Shown piece after piece: positions 26,077 through 39,182 of a DNA stretch of 64,000 bases (its first letter is position 1; each line of letters opens with the position of its first letter). Both the position numbers and the translations under genes were made by a program. The stretch is from Octopus vulgaris (Eukaryota), in NCBI GenBank assembly GCA_951406725.2, contig OX597820.1:16368001-16432000 (forward strand), in the 5' to 3' direction. The notes under the pieces were generated by a model that saw only the letters and a list, made by a program, of their open reading frames with translations, was not told the origin of the DNA and did no database searches.

Positions 26077-27804
26077 CAGTAGTTTTATTTTTATAGCGTG
26101 CTTTCACTTCACTACCGAGCGCAGCTCTGTGTGCCTTGGGTATGTGCTGTGATTTGTTGTGATGCTCTGATGGTTATTGTATGGAAAGTGTTCTGCGTAG
26201 GATGTGTGCAGTGCCTAGTAGTGCAATTTTCTGTATGTTATATGTGTTTGTAAGTCCTGGTGTTTTTGTTATGTATTTGTCTGAATATTTTTTTATCATG
26301 CCTAATGCACCTACTATGATAGGAATTGTTTCTGTTTTCAGATTCCACATTCTAGTTACCTCTATTTCCAGGTTTTTGTATTTTGAGAGTTTCTCCATTT
26401 CTTTTAGAGACACGTTGTCATCAGCCGGTATTGATACATCAATTAGAAAGCATTTTTTTTCTTCATGATCTCTGACAACTATATCTGGTCTGTTGGCCTT
26501 AATTTCTCTATCTGTGTGTATCGGCATATCCCAGAGTATGGTTGCTTTCTCGTTTTCTGTGACCTTTTCTGGTGTGTGCCTATACCATCTTTTTTCTGTT
26601 GTTATTCCATAATGTTGGCATAGCTTCCAATGTATGTAGGTTCCAACTCTGTCATGTCTGTGAATATATTCCTTCTTAGCCAAGACTGGGCAGCTAGAGA
26701 TAATATGATTTATTGTTTCTTGTCCATCTCCACATATTCTGCAGTTACTTGTAATATTTCTTTTCATTACATGTTTTTGGTAATTTCTGGTGGGGAGGCT
26801 TTGGTCTTGTGCTGCAATTAAAAATCCCTCTGTTTCTGTTTTGAGTCCTGAGCTTCTCAACCATTGCTGGGATTTTTCTTTGGCTATTTCTTTTGCGTTT
26901 AGTTTAGTTCAGTATTTACCATGAAGGGGCTTTTCTTGCCATCGTTTTATCATGGTTCGTTGCTGTTCTATTTTTAGTTTGGATTTCATTTGTTTTATAG
27001 CTTTTGTTGTTTCTTCATCTTCTTCTTCTTCTTCATGTTTATTAGGTGGTATGATTTCTTGTTTGTATTTGTCAGCTTCCTTAAATACTGAGAACAGTTT
27101 TTTGTTTTGCTCGTGTTTTGCCGTTATCTGGATCAGTTTTCCTTCCTTCTGAAGTAGATATTTTTGCAGTCCTATGGTGGCTATTTTATAGTAGTTTTCC
27201 AGCTGTATAAGGCCTCTACCACCTTCTATACGTTGTATATATAGTCTTTCTATGTCAGATTTTGGGTGATGCATCCTAGATCCTGTCATTATTTTTCTTG
27301 TTTTCCTATCTATTTTGGTCAGTTCATTTCGTGTCCAGTTAAGGATATTGTAGCTGTAACTTATAACTGGGACAGCTAAAGTGTTGATACCTATTATCTT
27401 GTTTTTAGCATTGAGCTCTGTGTTTAGTATTGATCTAACTCGTCTATAATATTCTTTTTTTATTTTCTCTTTCATTTGTGTGTGTTGTGTCTTATCTAGT
27501 TCATGGATTCCTAAGTATTTGTAAGTTTGGCTTTGGTCTAATTCTTTTATTTCATTGGTTTTACCTAGTGTGATGTTGTTACTCTTAACTAGTTTTCCTC
27601 TTTTCAGGGTTACTTTGGCGCATTTTTCTAATCCAAATTTCATATCTATTTCTTTGGTAAATCCATGAACTGTCTTTAATAGTGTTTCCAGCTGTTTGTC
27701 ATTTGCAGCGTATAGTTTTAGGTCATCCATATATAAAAGGTGGCTGATCGTTTTGCCGTAACATTTATATCCGCATCCAGTTCTATTTAGCATATCAGAT
27801 AGAG

Positions 27805-27805
<1 letters not shown>
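26077..27805 (-). mobile_element. 5'-truncated R4/Dong-like RT-REL non-LTR retrotransposon inserted in (TAA)n
   Basis: Flanked by (ATT)n at about 25985-26076 and 27806-27923; carries the RT C-terminus, a CCHC finger and the REL domain. Confidence 0.92.
26174..27793 (-). pseudogene. RT C-terminus, zinc finger and restriction-like endonuclease; one in-frame stop
   Basis: SHLLYMDDLKLY (RT), CRICG..ETINHIISSC, RHD, RPDIVV..IDVSIP..KLSKY. ORFs 26909-27793 and 26174-26860 share a frame, separated by a TGA after HGKY, likely a former TGG. Confidence 0.92.
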
Positions 27806-27866
<61 letters not shown>

Positions 27867-27883
27867 TATTATTATTATTATTA

Positions 27884-27923
<40 letters not shown>

Positions 27924-27924
<1 letters not shown>

Positions 27925-28475
27925 GAGTGAGAGAGCAGTGCATGCCATCAAAGTGACACTGGGGTAAAATATACGAAGCTCAGTATACCCATCATAACTA
28001 CCCATCTAATAAGGGTACACTAGGCACATACATCACAACCATATGTGCGCAACATGCTGATCTCATATCAAGATAAACAGCGCATGATCTTGAAGGTGGA
28101 GCCCAGTTAGAATTTTCTTCTGGTCGAGTAGTCCATCCTGCACAAAAGGTCTCTGAGTAAGGATTGTTTAAGGATGTTGAACGAAACACCCATGTTTCCA
28201 ATGGTGAATTATCCAAACCTCCAAGAATTTCTTTCACGGCTATGATGCTCCCCCACTACTTCTGCTCATGATCAGTGATGCACATATCGTCAGCCACTAA
28301 AGGACAAGCTCAACTGGTTAAGGTCAAACAACTGACAAGCAAATCTGTGGTATTGAGCAGAATATTTGCTGTAGCCCATCTTTTATACCAAGACAAAACA
28401 ATGTACATGATAACACTTCCAATCAGTTAAGATCAGAAGCCATGAGAGCCACTGCCTGGTATTGCATCAGGGCAT
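27924..28475. mobile_element. Unclassified 550-bp repeat bounded by (ATT)n on both sides
   Basis: The terminus CATCAGGGCAT-(ATT)n recurs at about 25973-25984, and an internal segment recurs at about 38505-38645. Confidence 0.6.
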
Positions 28476-28521
28476 AATATTATTATCATCATCATCATCA
28501 TCATTATTATTATTATTATTA

Positions 28522-28552
<31 letters not shown>

Positions 28553-28564
28553 CAATATTATTAA

Positions 28565-29475
28565 GGCGGCGAGCTGGCAGCACCGTTAGCACGCTGGACA
28601 AAATGCTTAGCAGTGTTTAGCCCGTCGCTACGTTCTGAGATCAAATTCCGCCGTGGTCGACTTTGCCTTTCATCCTTTCGGGGTCGATTAAATAAGTACC
28701 AGTTACGCACTGGGGTCGATAAAATCGACTTAATCCGTTTGTCTGTCCTTGTTTGTCCCCTCTGTGTGTAGCCCCTTGTGGGAAGTAAAGAAATAAGAAG
28801 CTTGCTTCCCAACCACATGGACTCCGTGGTCGATCCCACTGTGTAGCCCCTTGGACAAGTATCTTCTACTATAGCCTCGGGCTGACCAGAATGGATTTGG
28901 TAGGCGGAAACTGAAAGAAGCCCGTCGTGTATTTATATATATATATAATGTTTGTGTCTGTGTTTGTTACCGTACCATCGCGTGACAACCGATGCTGGTG
29001 GGTTTACGTCCCTGTAACCAAGCGGTTCGACAAAAGTGACCGATAGAATAAGTACTAGGCTTACAAAAAATAAGTCCTGGGATCATTTTGTTCGACTAAA
29101 GGCGGTGCTCCAGCAAGGCCGCAGTCAAATTACTGAAACAAGTAAAATAATCGTGAAGGTGCGTGGTTTCGTGGTTAGGGTATTCTGTTCACCTTCATAA
29201 AGTCATGAGTTCGGTTCCCGGTAGAGTATTGTCTCCTTGAGCAAGACACTTTATTTCACGTTGCTCCAGTTCATTAAGTTGACAAAATTGAGCTGTACCT
29301 GTAATTCAAAAGGCCAGCCTAGTCACACTCTGTGTCACGCCGAATCTCTCTAAGAACTATGTTAAGGGTACACGTGTCTGTGAAGTGCTCAGCCACTTGC
29401 ACGTTAATTTCACGAGCAGGCTGTTCCATTAATCGGATCTACTGGAACCCTTGCTTGCCATCAAAACGGAAGGAG
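28565..29475 (+). mobile_element. Chain of SINE-B (28565-28794), headless SINE-A (28795-29148) and SINE-D (29155-29475)
   Basis: The SINE-B tail AAAGAAATA joins AGAAGCTTGCTTCCC of SINE-A. SINE-D has a tRNA head and the CORE-like TCCTTGAGCAAGACACTTTATTTCACGTTGCTCCAG. Confidence 0.85.
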
Positions 29476-29726
29476 AGCCAGGTTTTTAAACAAGGTACAT
29501 TTCTTTATAATAACTAATCTATGGAAGAAGATAAATGACATTTCCCATGGCCGTGGTTGCTTTGCAAATTGATGTGATTGATTCAGATGTTGATGAGATT
29601 TAATTTCTGCAAGTTAATTCATGAGGGACAACATGTTGGCCGTGAGTAGGAAGATCATTTCTAGGAAGATCATTTCTGGGCGTTAGCTTTGCAAATAGGA
29701 ACTTACACCAAGCGCAGTCCCTAACG

Positions 29727-29759
<33 letters not shown>

Positions 29760-29854
29760 CAGAAGTGTTGTGTTAAAGTCTTCTGATTGAAAAATTACTT
29801 GCAAAAGAGAAGCATACCAGCCAGTGCGGAGAGGAGGAAAAGATAGAATATCTA

Positions 29855-30113
29855 AGCTGCTTATTTCAGTCATTGGACTGCGGTCATGCTGGGGCACTGC
29901 CTTGAAGGGTATTGTGTTGAACATTCCGACTCCAGTACTTTATTTTTTCGGTCTCTATTACCCAATCACTAAGCCACGAAGACGTAAACCAACCAACACC
30001 GGTTCTCGGGTGATATGAGAGTGGGATAAACGCAAGCACAAGACCACATCCGCCCACACACATGCACACATTCACACATACATACATACACATACATACA
30101 CACACACTCACAC

Positions 30114-30166
<53 letters not shown>

Positions 30167-30342
30167 TGTGTGTGTACGACGGACTTCCACACAGTTCCCG
30201 TCTCCCAAATTCACTCTCAAGGCATTGATCGACCCTGGGCCTTTGGTAGAAGATACTCGCCCAAGATGCCGTGCAGTGGGGCTGAACCCGAAACCACGGG
30301 ATCACAAAACGAGCTTCTTAACCACTTAATCCTGCCTGCACC
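29855..30342 (-). mobile_element. Diverged SINE-A-related copy (similar old copies at about 34040-34530 and 55330-55510)
   Basis: Recognisable TTTCAGTCATTGGACTGCGG.. tail and ..GCAGTGGGGCTGAACCCG.. head on the reverse strand. Confidence 0.7.
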
Positions 30343-31111
30343 AATAATGGTGAAACAAGAGAGGAGAAGACTCGCCCCTGTAAACCCCCGACCATTTAGA
30401 AATAACGAACTAAACAACTAATTTATGTTTTAATTAAACAACTAACTAATATTGACGTATGTAATTCGTATGGAATATTTATTTATTTTTTTCTTTCAGA
30501 ATTTCAAATTTGACCTTCAGTTGAAACGATCAAATGAAACCAGTGTCAAATAAAAGAGATAAGTAACACTTACTGTGTTGTGCAATAATAACTTTTCTTT
30601 GCCTCGAGACTAGTTTGGACTTGACAGCAACGAGATCGGGTTGTCACTAGGTTATAATTTTGTGTATGTTATTTCCAAGTCTCACACAAGCGTTATGCTA
30701 AAGGAGACGACAGAAATACCCCAAAAAGCGAAGGTTGTCTTGCGGTTTTATTTGGTAAAATAATTTTGTCTCGGCTTTTTTACAAACTTTATGAGAATAC
30801 AATCGTCTCAGACCAAATATATCTCTTTTCCGTGCAGGTCAGTAACACAAGATTGTATTAAACTAAACACATTGTTTGAAAACTAACACACACTTATATA
30901 TGTGCACTAATAATATATATGGTATTAAACTGGAAAGTTCTGCTTTACGACACTTAATGGTGTATCACTTTAAACAAGTTCATTACAATATGGGTTTCCA
31001 ATTTAAACCAACAAACTATATTGATTATATTTGATTAAGAAAAAGACCATCTTTTTAAAAGAACGAATCAAATTTTTTCATTATATATAAGTGACTACGT
31101 TTGCATACGTG

Positions 31112-31188
<77 letters not shown>

Positions 31189-31781
31189 TATATATAAACG
31201 CAACGTCAAGTCATATAGGATTTGTACATATAACAATGAAGCACCGAATTATATAGAATAAATTGTCTTTCTTTTTTGATTGCCTCTTCTGCTTTTTATG
31301 CGCCACTAAATTCTTTATATACATATATATTCACACACACAGACAAAACTCACAAACACACACACATACATACATACATACATCCATCCATCCATCCATC
31401 CCATACATACATACATACATACATACATACATACATACATACATACATACATACATACATACATACATACATGCGTACATATATACATAATTACAGTTAT
31501 TATTGGTACTGAATTTTTCAACGGTCAAGATGTAAAAACAAATCGTCAAATCCAGGGAGAATTTGAAATAATAACGAGAACGTACCGAATTAAATATTGT
31601 GTGTGTGTGGAGAGAGAGAGAGAGAGGGAGAGAGAGAGAGATGTACAAATTATACCAAATTATTTTACCTCAGCAACATGAAACTGTTAGCAGCTCTTTT
31701 GTAAAGTGTATATATTAAATGAAATTTATTTCTCACTGGATGGAGTACTTTTATGTTGATCCAGCTTATACCGAGACAGTA

Positions 31782-31878
<97 letters not shown>

Positions 31879-31945
31879 GTCAGTCGCCATGATAGATCTT
31901 AGCCACTACACACATTTTTTTCTCTCCTTGTTTTTTTCTGTGTCC

Positions 31946-31981
31946 CTTTCTGTAGAAGAGCGTAGGCTCGAAACGTAAAGG
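31946..31981 (+). ncRNA. Minimal hammerhead-like motif with variant core in a pLTR fragment (about 31880-32070) within (TA)n
   Basis: CUUU-CUGUAGA-A-GAGC-guag-GCUC-GAAA-CG-UA-AAGG. Confidence 0.6.
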
Positions 31982-32236
31982 ACTTTTTCTATTCCTAAGC
32001 GTTATACTAATACATCTGTTTCTTTTGTACACCACCTGTCTTCGTCTTTTGTTTTTTCATAAACTCTCCCTATATATATATATATATAACGCAAAGTCAG
32101 CTCAAATAGGATTTGTACTTATAACAATGAAGCACCGAATTATATAGAATAAATTGCTTTTCTTTTTCGGCTGCCTTTTCTGCTTTTTCTTCGCCACTAA
32201 ATTCTTTACGCAAGAAAATTCTTCAAAACCCCTCGC

Positions 32237-32296
<60 letters not shown>

Positions 32297-32624
32297 TATA
32301 TATTAGCGTCCATGATAGTCTGTCTTGAAACAGATTTCTCGCCAATTTTCTTTCCGAAATCATTCAAGAATAATACACGAAAAGAGACCCTGATTCGAAT
32401 TTCCTTCGGAGTAAAAAGAAGGAGAGGGTTCTAGAAAAGAGACGTAGAAATGGTAGTAAAATAGAAGCATTATAATGTAAAATATATGTAAATGTAATTA
32501 CATACAAAAGGAACTGTAAAAATGTGATATGAACTAAATGAACTGGTTTAAAGAGGAACTGTTTCAACATGTTAAGTGCCCGGACAACACCGGGTACCGC
32601 ATCTGGCATATGCGCGCGCGCACT

Positions 32625-32666
<42 letters not shown>

Positions 32667-32808
32667 TATACGCACACGCACACAGGCACACACAGGCAAA
32701 CACACACGGATTATAGATATCTCGTGGAGGAAGCGTTATAAGTACAAAGTGTTGAGTATTTATTTATGGCGCGCACTAGTTTGACATCTCGTCATCAGTG
32801 GTACTCAC

Positions 32809-33029
32809 TGGCAGAAACGTTAGCACGACGGACGAGATGCTTAGCGGCATTTCGTCTGCCACTACGTTCTGAGTTCAAATTCCACCGAGGTCGACTTTGC
32901 CTTTCATCATTTCGGGGTTGATTAAATAAGTACCAGTTACGCACTGGGGTCAATATAATCGACTTAATCCGTTTGTCTGTCCTTCTTTGTCATCTCTGTG
33001 TTTAGCCCCTTGTGGGTAGTAAAGAAATA
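32809..33029 (+). mobile_element. SINE-B monomer with short TSD
   Basis: GGTA(C/T)TCAC at 32800-32808 and 33030-33038. Confidence 0.85.
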
Positions 33030-33139
33030 GGTATTCACCAACGTCAGGGGAAATAAATGAGATGTTTATGCATTTTGTAACGATATCGGTGGGGCAAGGG
33101 AAATAGCTTCACCCTGGATTCCTAATCTGGTTCTCCTAG

Positions 33140-33550
33140 AGCTAATGACCTCGAGCGTGACGTCTCACATACACACACGCGCGCGCACGTGTGTGTGCGT
33201 GCATGAAATATTTACTGGAGAAACTTTGACCCCCTGCAGAAACCGCAGGAGCTACTCAGGGGTATTGCAAGCACTTCTGAATCCATCGCAACGTTGGAAA
33301 CCTTTCCCTATCATCAGCAGGTATCTCAGGGTGACAAGCATTTCGCCCCTTAGTCTGTGCGCTTTACTTGAGTGGGGCAGCGACGACTGAATTTGTATTC
33401 GCTTGTTGGCGGGATTTCAACTGTTGTCTCTTTTCAACTCCAGCCGCCATGTGCTGGTTTCTTCAGTTGTCCAGGTTTCAAACCAGTCTTTCTACAGGAA
33501 ATAACGCAACGATCCAGCAGGCCTCTCCCTACAACTTGACTCAGGTGAGC
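33140..33550 (+). promoter_or_regulatory. Candidate promoter / non-coding first exon
   Basis: Unique GC- and CpG-richer island, CRE-like TGACGT at 33158, strong donor CAG|GTGAG at 33544/33545, then GA-rich tracts. Confidence 0.3.
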
Positions 33551-34299
33551 ATCTAGAATTCGTGTGTATGTGTGCATGTGTGTGTGAGAGAGAGAAAGAG
33601 AGTGAGAAAGAGTGAGAGAGAGGGGAGACAGACAGACAGGCAGACAGTAGCGTAGCTAGGAGAAGAAGAAGCAGTAAGAGTCGTCCGTCGCGAGCGAAGA
33701 TTTTATAGGGGTGAAACTTTTGTGTCTGTTGTAAAAGTTTGTATACCAGGCGGGGGCAACAAAATGAGGGGCTGCCCCAAGCGACACCCATACTATCTAC
33801 GCCATTGTTCAGACAGAAAGAGAGTTGGGTGGGGTTATACAATCCCCCGGTTTGTGCTCACTCCAGCAGCACTCATTCCAGAAAATACAAAAAAACACCA
33901 CGTACAGTTTCGACCAGGAATTGAACTCACGACCTAATTATAAACCGAGTGCTGTATCCACTCAGCCACGGACCTTCACCGACTCAATCTACGACTACTG
34001 TATTAAAACCACATTTATATTTTAGTTGCTTTTTGCCTTTTATGTAGTCATTGGACTGCGGCCATGTTACCGCACCACTTTGATGGGTTTTAGTCGAACC
34101 GTTAAGTTGCAGGGACGTAAACCAACCAATACCGATTGTCAAACTGGGAGTGAGGTGACAAACGCAGACACAAAGATACACATATACACATGGACACACA
34201 CACACACATATACATATATATATACACATATGTGTGTGTGTACCTATATATATATAGATAGAGAGATTGATATACATATATATACACATACATATACAT

Positions 34300-34379
<80 letters not shown>

Positions 34380-35008
34380 CAGGCGGCTTCCGCACAGTTT
34401 CTGTCTGCTAAAAATTCACTCACTAAGCATCGGTCCCGGAGCTATAGTCGAAGGTGCTGCGCTGCTCTGTGAGAATTGAACTCGAACCTACATAACTGCA
34501 ATGCGAACCTTTTCCCCACACAGCCATGCCTTATCAATATACATTTAATACCATCTACCAGACATGGCCATCATGTGACCAAATAAATGCACTGACGTGA
34601 AACGACATATTCCTTGCGCTTACAAAACGCCAGCTCTATGATTATAACAGAAAACACTCTGACTCGTCTAGTTACTATGACAACTAATATATACATAAGC
34701 ACATGGACCAACCATAATTTCTACGTGTTTTCTAATCTAGTTACTGTTTGTTATTGTATGACGCCAGCCAAATATATATATATAACAGTGTTGCGTGAGT
34801 ATAGTTGCTGATTACATATCAGAACAGCTATTACAGTCTCTATGGCAACAGAATAGAATATTTTTCAATGAAATTTGTTTACTAATTTGACTAATGAATG
34901 CATTATATTGACTGGTGAAAAATATTATTCAAATTGATTTAGTTTTCCACGCGATATCAAATACGTATATTTCTTCGGAATATTTTTGTCTATTGTATGG
35001 AGGAACGT

Positions 35009-35762
35009 GGCGGCGAGCTGGCAGAAACGTTAGCACGCCGGGCGAAATGCGTAGCCGTATTTCGTCTGCCGTTACGTTCTGAGTTCAAATTCCGCCGAGG
35101 TCGACTTTGCCTTTCATCCTTTCGGGGTCGATTAAATAAGTACCAGTTACACACTGGTATCGATGTAATCGACTTAGTCCGTTTGTCTGTCCTCGTTTGT
35201 CCTCTCTGAGTTTAGCCCCTTGTGGGTAGTAAAGAAATAGGTATATCGTCTGTCTTTTCGTTCTGAGTTCAAATTCCACCGAGGTCGACTCTGCCTTTCA
35301 ACCTTTCGGGGTCGATTAAATAAGTACCAGTTACGCACTGGGGTCGATATAATCGACTTAATTCGTTTGTCTGTCATTGTTTGTCCTCTCTGAGTTTAGC
35401 CCCTTGTGGGTAGTAAAGAAATAGAAATTGGTATTTTGTCTGCCAAAGGCGGTGAGCTGGCAGAATCGGTAGCACGCCGGGTGAATCGGTAGCACGCCGT
35501 TTGTCTGTCCTCGTTTGTCCTCTCTGAGTTTAGCCCCTTGTGGGTAGTAAAGAAATAGGTATATCGTCTGTCTTTTCGTTCTGAGTTCAAATTCCACCGA
35601 GGTCGACTCTGCCTTTCAACCTTTCGGGGTCGATTAAATAAGTACCAGTTACGCACTGGGGTCAATATAATCGACTTGATCCGTTTGTCCTCTCTGTATT
35701 TAGCCACTTGTGGGTAGTAAAGAAATAGGTATTTCGTCTGTCTTTACGTTCTAAGTTCAAAT
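35009..35762 (+). mobile_element. SINE-B rearranged tandem array
   Basis: Several tail-type-1 units joined at GAAATA|GGTAT. Confidence 0.88.
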
Positions 35763-36564
35763 TACGATCCAGTGATTAAGTGCTCATCTCACGATCGATA
35801 AGTCGTAGTTTCGATCCTCAGACCATGCAGTGTGCTGTGTCCTCGAGAAAGGCACTTCATTCTACATTCTTCCAGTGGTTAATCCTCCCTTTTATTCCTA
35901 CATAATTCTCACGCTCCCTTCATATCAGAAATTAGCTTGTTATTTATCAGTCCCTATTTACATCAGAAATTATCTTGCCCCTGTGAAACCAGAAAAACAT
36001 AAAAACTATTTGTGAAATCCATCGCTGGGATTGAACTCCTGCTTGTGTTGATAGATTTAATCCGCCGCTCAGTTTAACATCTGACTATTGGGTACCTTTA
36101 TTAAAGTGAACCTGCCCTGTTGCTAGCATTCAGGTAGAATATCAGGTCTGAAGATAACCCAAGAAGCGTGGCTCTCCTCTTTCTCCACAATTGCCGGAGA
36201 ACTTGCAACACTGTCATGGACGCTGATGTCCCTTTTCTAAGTCATAAGAAAGAAGGGACACGAGTAAACGAACCTCAGGGTTCCAGCTCAAATAGAATAA
36301 TCTAGAGCTTCATAAGGAATCGAAAGCACTGATTACAAGAATGCTGTATCACAGGCTTCATATTATTTAGATTAGTTGCCTGGTTATAAATGTTGTCTGT
36401 CGCCTTGATTAAAATCTTTAACTGTGATAATTAGTAAAGCGTCTAGACATTTCGAGTGCTACGTCTCTCTTGCTGCTTCTATCTTTTATAAGCTGGGAAA
36501 CGGTAGATTTGTAACCACGTCTTGTCTTGTCTCTGTCACCTGAGACTCGGAATAGATTACGCTT

Positions 36565-36777
36565 TTACTTTTTTTACTTGGTTCAGTCATTTGGTTGCGG
36601 CCATGCTGGAGCACCGCCTTTAGTCGAGCAAATCGACCCCAGGACTTATTCTTTGTAAGCCTATCGGTCTATTTTGCCGAACTGATAATTTACGGGGAGG
36701 TAAACACACCAGCATCGGTTGTCAAGCGATGTTGGGAGGGGGGACAAACACAAACACACGCACACACGCACACACAT

Positions 36778-36847
<70 letters not shown>

Positions 36848-37012
36848 ATGACGGGCTTCTTTCAGTTTCCGCCTATCAAATCCACTCACAAGGCTTTGGT
36901 CGGCCCGAGGATATAGTAGAAGACACTTGCCTAAGGTGACACGCAGTGAGACTGAACCCGGAACCATGTGGTTGGTAAGCAAGCTACTTACCACACAGCC
37001 ACTCCTACGCCT
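36565..37012 (-). mobile_element. SINE family A
   Basis: Full reverse-complement copy with an internal CA/TA tract. Confidence 0.9.
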
Positions 37013-37584
37013 ACTGATTGATAACATTAATACCTTAACTTGAAGTTCTCTATTGTTTTTATATTTGGGTTTCAAGATTCTTGGCGTGAATTCGTGCGTT
37101 GAAACATATTCTGTTGTATTTCAGGAGAGTCATTATGCTAATAATAAATACACGCACTGGTTCTGTTTCACTTCTTTTATTAGTAGTACTAGTAGTCGTT
37201 GGGTCAATCATTTAGCCAATTAACTCATTAATTGTTTGATTAATCGTTCGGTCAATCAATCAATCAGCTAAGTTTGTCAAAGTACTTTCATTGCCTTTCC
37301 AAACTCCATTCTAGCCATCCTCAGACAGACCCAAAACGGTGCGTCAATTAAGCTTTTAACTGACCATATTTACACAGTAGGCAGCTACAACTTCAACTGG
37401 TTTTCAACTATGTCGCTATCATACTAACCCAACAAAACTACTCCCGACATAATTAGAATATATTTGCTGACACGTTGATTAAAACAGTGTAGGAATAAGA
37501 ATTCTGTATCTGAATATTTCGACAAATGTGCCCCTCTCTCTCTTTTACTCCTGTCTTTTATCGAACAATATACATAACACTGTA

Positions 37585-38382
37585 GGTGGTGAGCTGGCAG
37601 AAACGTTAGCACGCCGGGCGAAATGCTTAGCAGTATTTCGTCTGCCGCTACGTTCTGAGTTCAAATTCCGCCGAGGTCGACTTTGCCTTTCATTCTTTCG
37701 GGGTCGATAAATTAAGTACCAGTTACGCACTGGAGTCGATATAATCGACTTAATCTGTTTGTCTGTCCATGTTCGTACCCTCAGTGTTTAGCCCCTTGTG
37801 GGTAGTAAAGAAATAGGTATTTCGTCTGCCGTTACGTTCTGAGTTCAAATTCCGCCGAGGTCGACTTTGACTTTCATCCTTTCGGGGTCGATTAAATAAG
37901 TACCAGTTACGCACTGAGGTCGATATAATCGACTTAATTCGTTTGTCTGTCCTTGTTTGTCCCCTCAGTGTTTAGCCCCTTGTGGGTAGTAAAGAAATAG
38001 GTATTTCGTCTGCCGTTACGTTCTGAGTTCAAATTCAGCCGAGGTCGACTTTGCTTTTCATCCTTTCGAGATCGATTTAAAAAGTACCAGTTATGCATTG
38101 GGGTCGATCTAATCGACTTAACCCCTTTGTCTGTCCTTGTTTGTCCGCTCTGTGTTTAGCCCCTTGTGGGCAATAAAGAAATAAGAAACGTTAGCACGCC
38201 GGGCGAAATGCTTCGCGGTATTTCGTCAGCCGCTACGTTCTGAGTTCAAATTCCCCCGAGGTTGACTTTGCCTTTCATCCTTTCGGAATCGATAAATTAG
38301 CACCAGTTGCGTAGTGGGTCAATCTAATCGACTGGTATCCTCCCCAAAAATTTCGTGCCTTCTGCCTAGAGTAGAAAAGAAT
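37585..38382 (+). mobile_element. SINE-B array: three tail-1 units nested in a tail-2 copy
   Basis: Junctions GAAATA|GGTATTTCG (twice) and GAAATA|AGAAACGTTAGC; the final tail is ..GCCTAGAGTAGAAAAGAATAT. Confidence 0.9.
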
Positions 38383-39182
38383 ATATATAACTTGTACCAT
38401 GATTTTTGTTCTTGAATAGTATAATTGTTATTCCTGTTTGCTTACCCTTGGAAAATATGAAGAATGGCTTATATTTCCTCCAAACTTTGCTTCTGTAACA
38501 TTTACTCAAACCCTGAAGAATCCCTCTCAACATATGGCTATGATGCTCCCCCACTACTCCTGCTCATGATCAGAGATGCACATATCGTCGGCCACTAAGG
38601 GACATGCTCAAGTGGTTATGGTCAAGCAACTGACAAGCAAATCTGTGTGTGTTGAGCTTTAGCCATATTTCTGCTTGAGCAACTCAGCGTTGAATCTGTC
38701 TGAAATGCAGTGGAAAATAGGTCAGTTTCAAGACATTAATGTCCAGGTCACAAAAGCAAAGTTTGAAGGGAATAGTAGTCATTTCCTTTGATTTCTAGAT
38801 GGAAACAAATAGGAAATAACACCTGCTGGCCAAAGACCTAAAAAAAATTGAAATTAAAATTGTGTTACACAATGTAGAAAATTTAAAGCGGAGAGCTGGC
38901 AGAATCGTTAACACGACCGGTAAAATACATAGCGGCATTTCGTCCGGCTTTACGTTCTGAGTTCAAATTCCGCCGAGGTTGACTTTACCTTTCATCCTTT
39001 CGGTCGATTAAATAAGTACCAGCTTTCCCTTACCCCGAAATTCTTAGCCTTGTGTCAAGATTTCAAACCAATATATATATTTGATAGATTTGTAACCATC
39101 CAATTCTTGCTGCCATCTCTTGGGAAGATTTTCACTATTATTGTCTCAAGTTCCTGGCTCCGAGAGTACAACTTTCATGTTT

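Noticed and set aside
32775-32800. Other CTGANGA strings (32790 minus, about 25025, 46552 minus, about 58573)
   Set aside because: None has a stem II followed by GAAA and a closing stem I.
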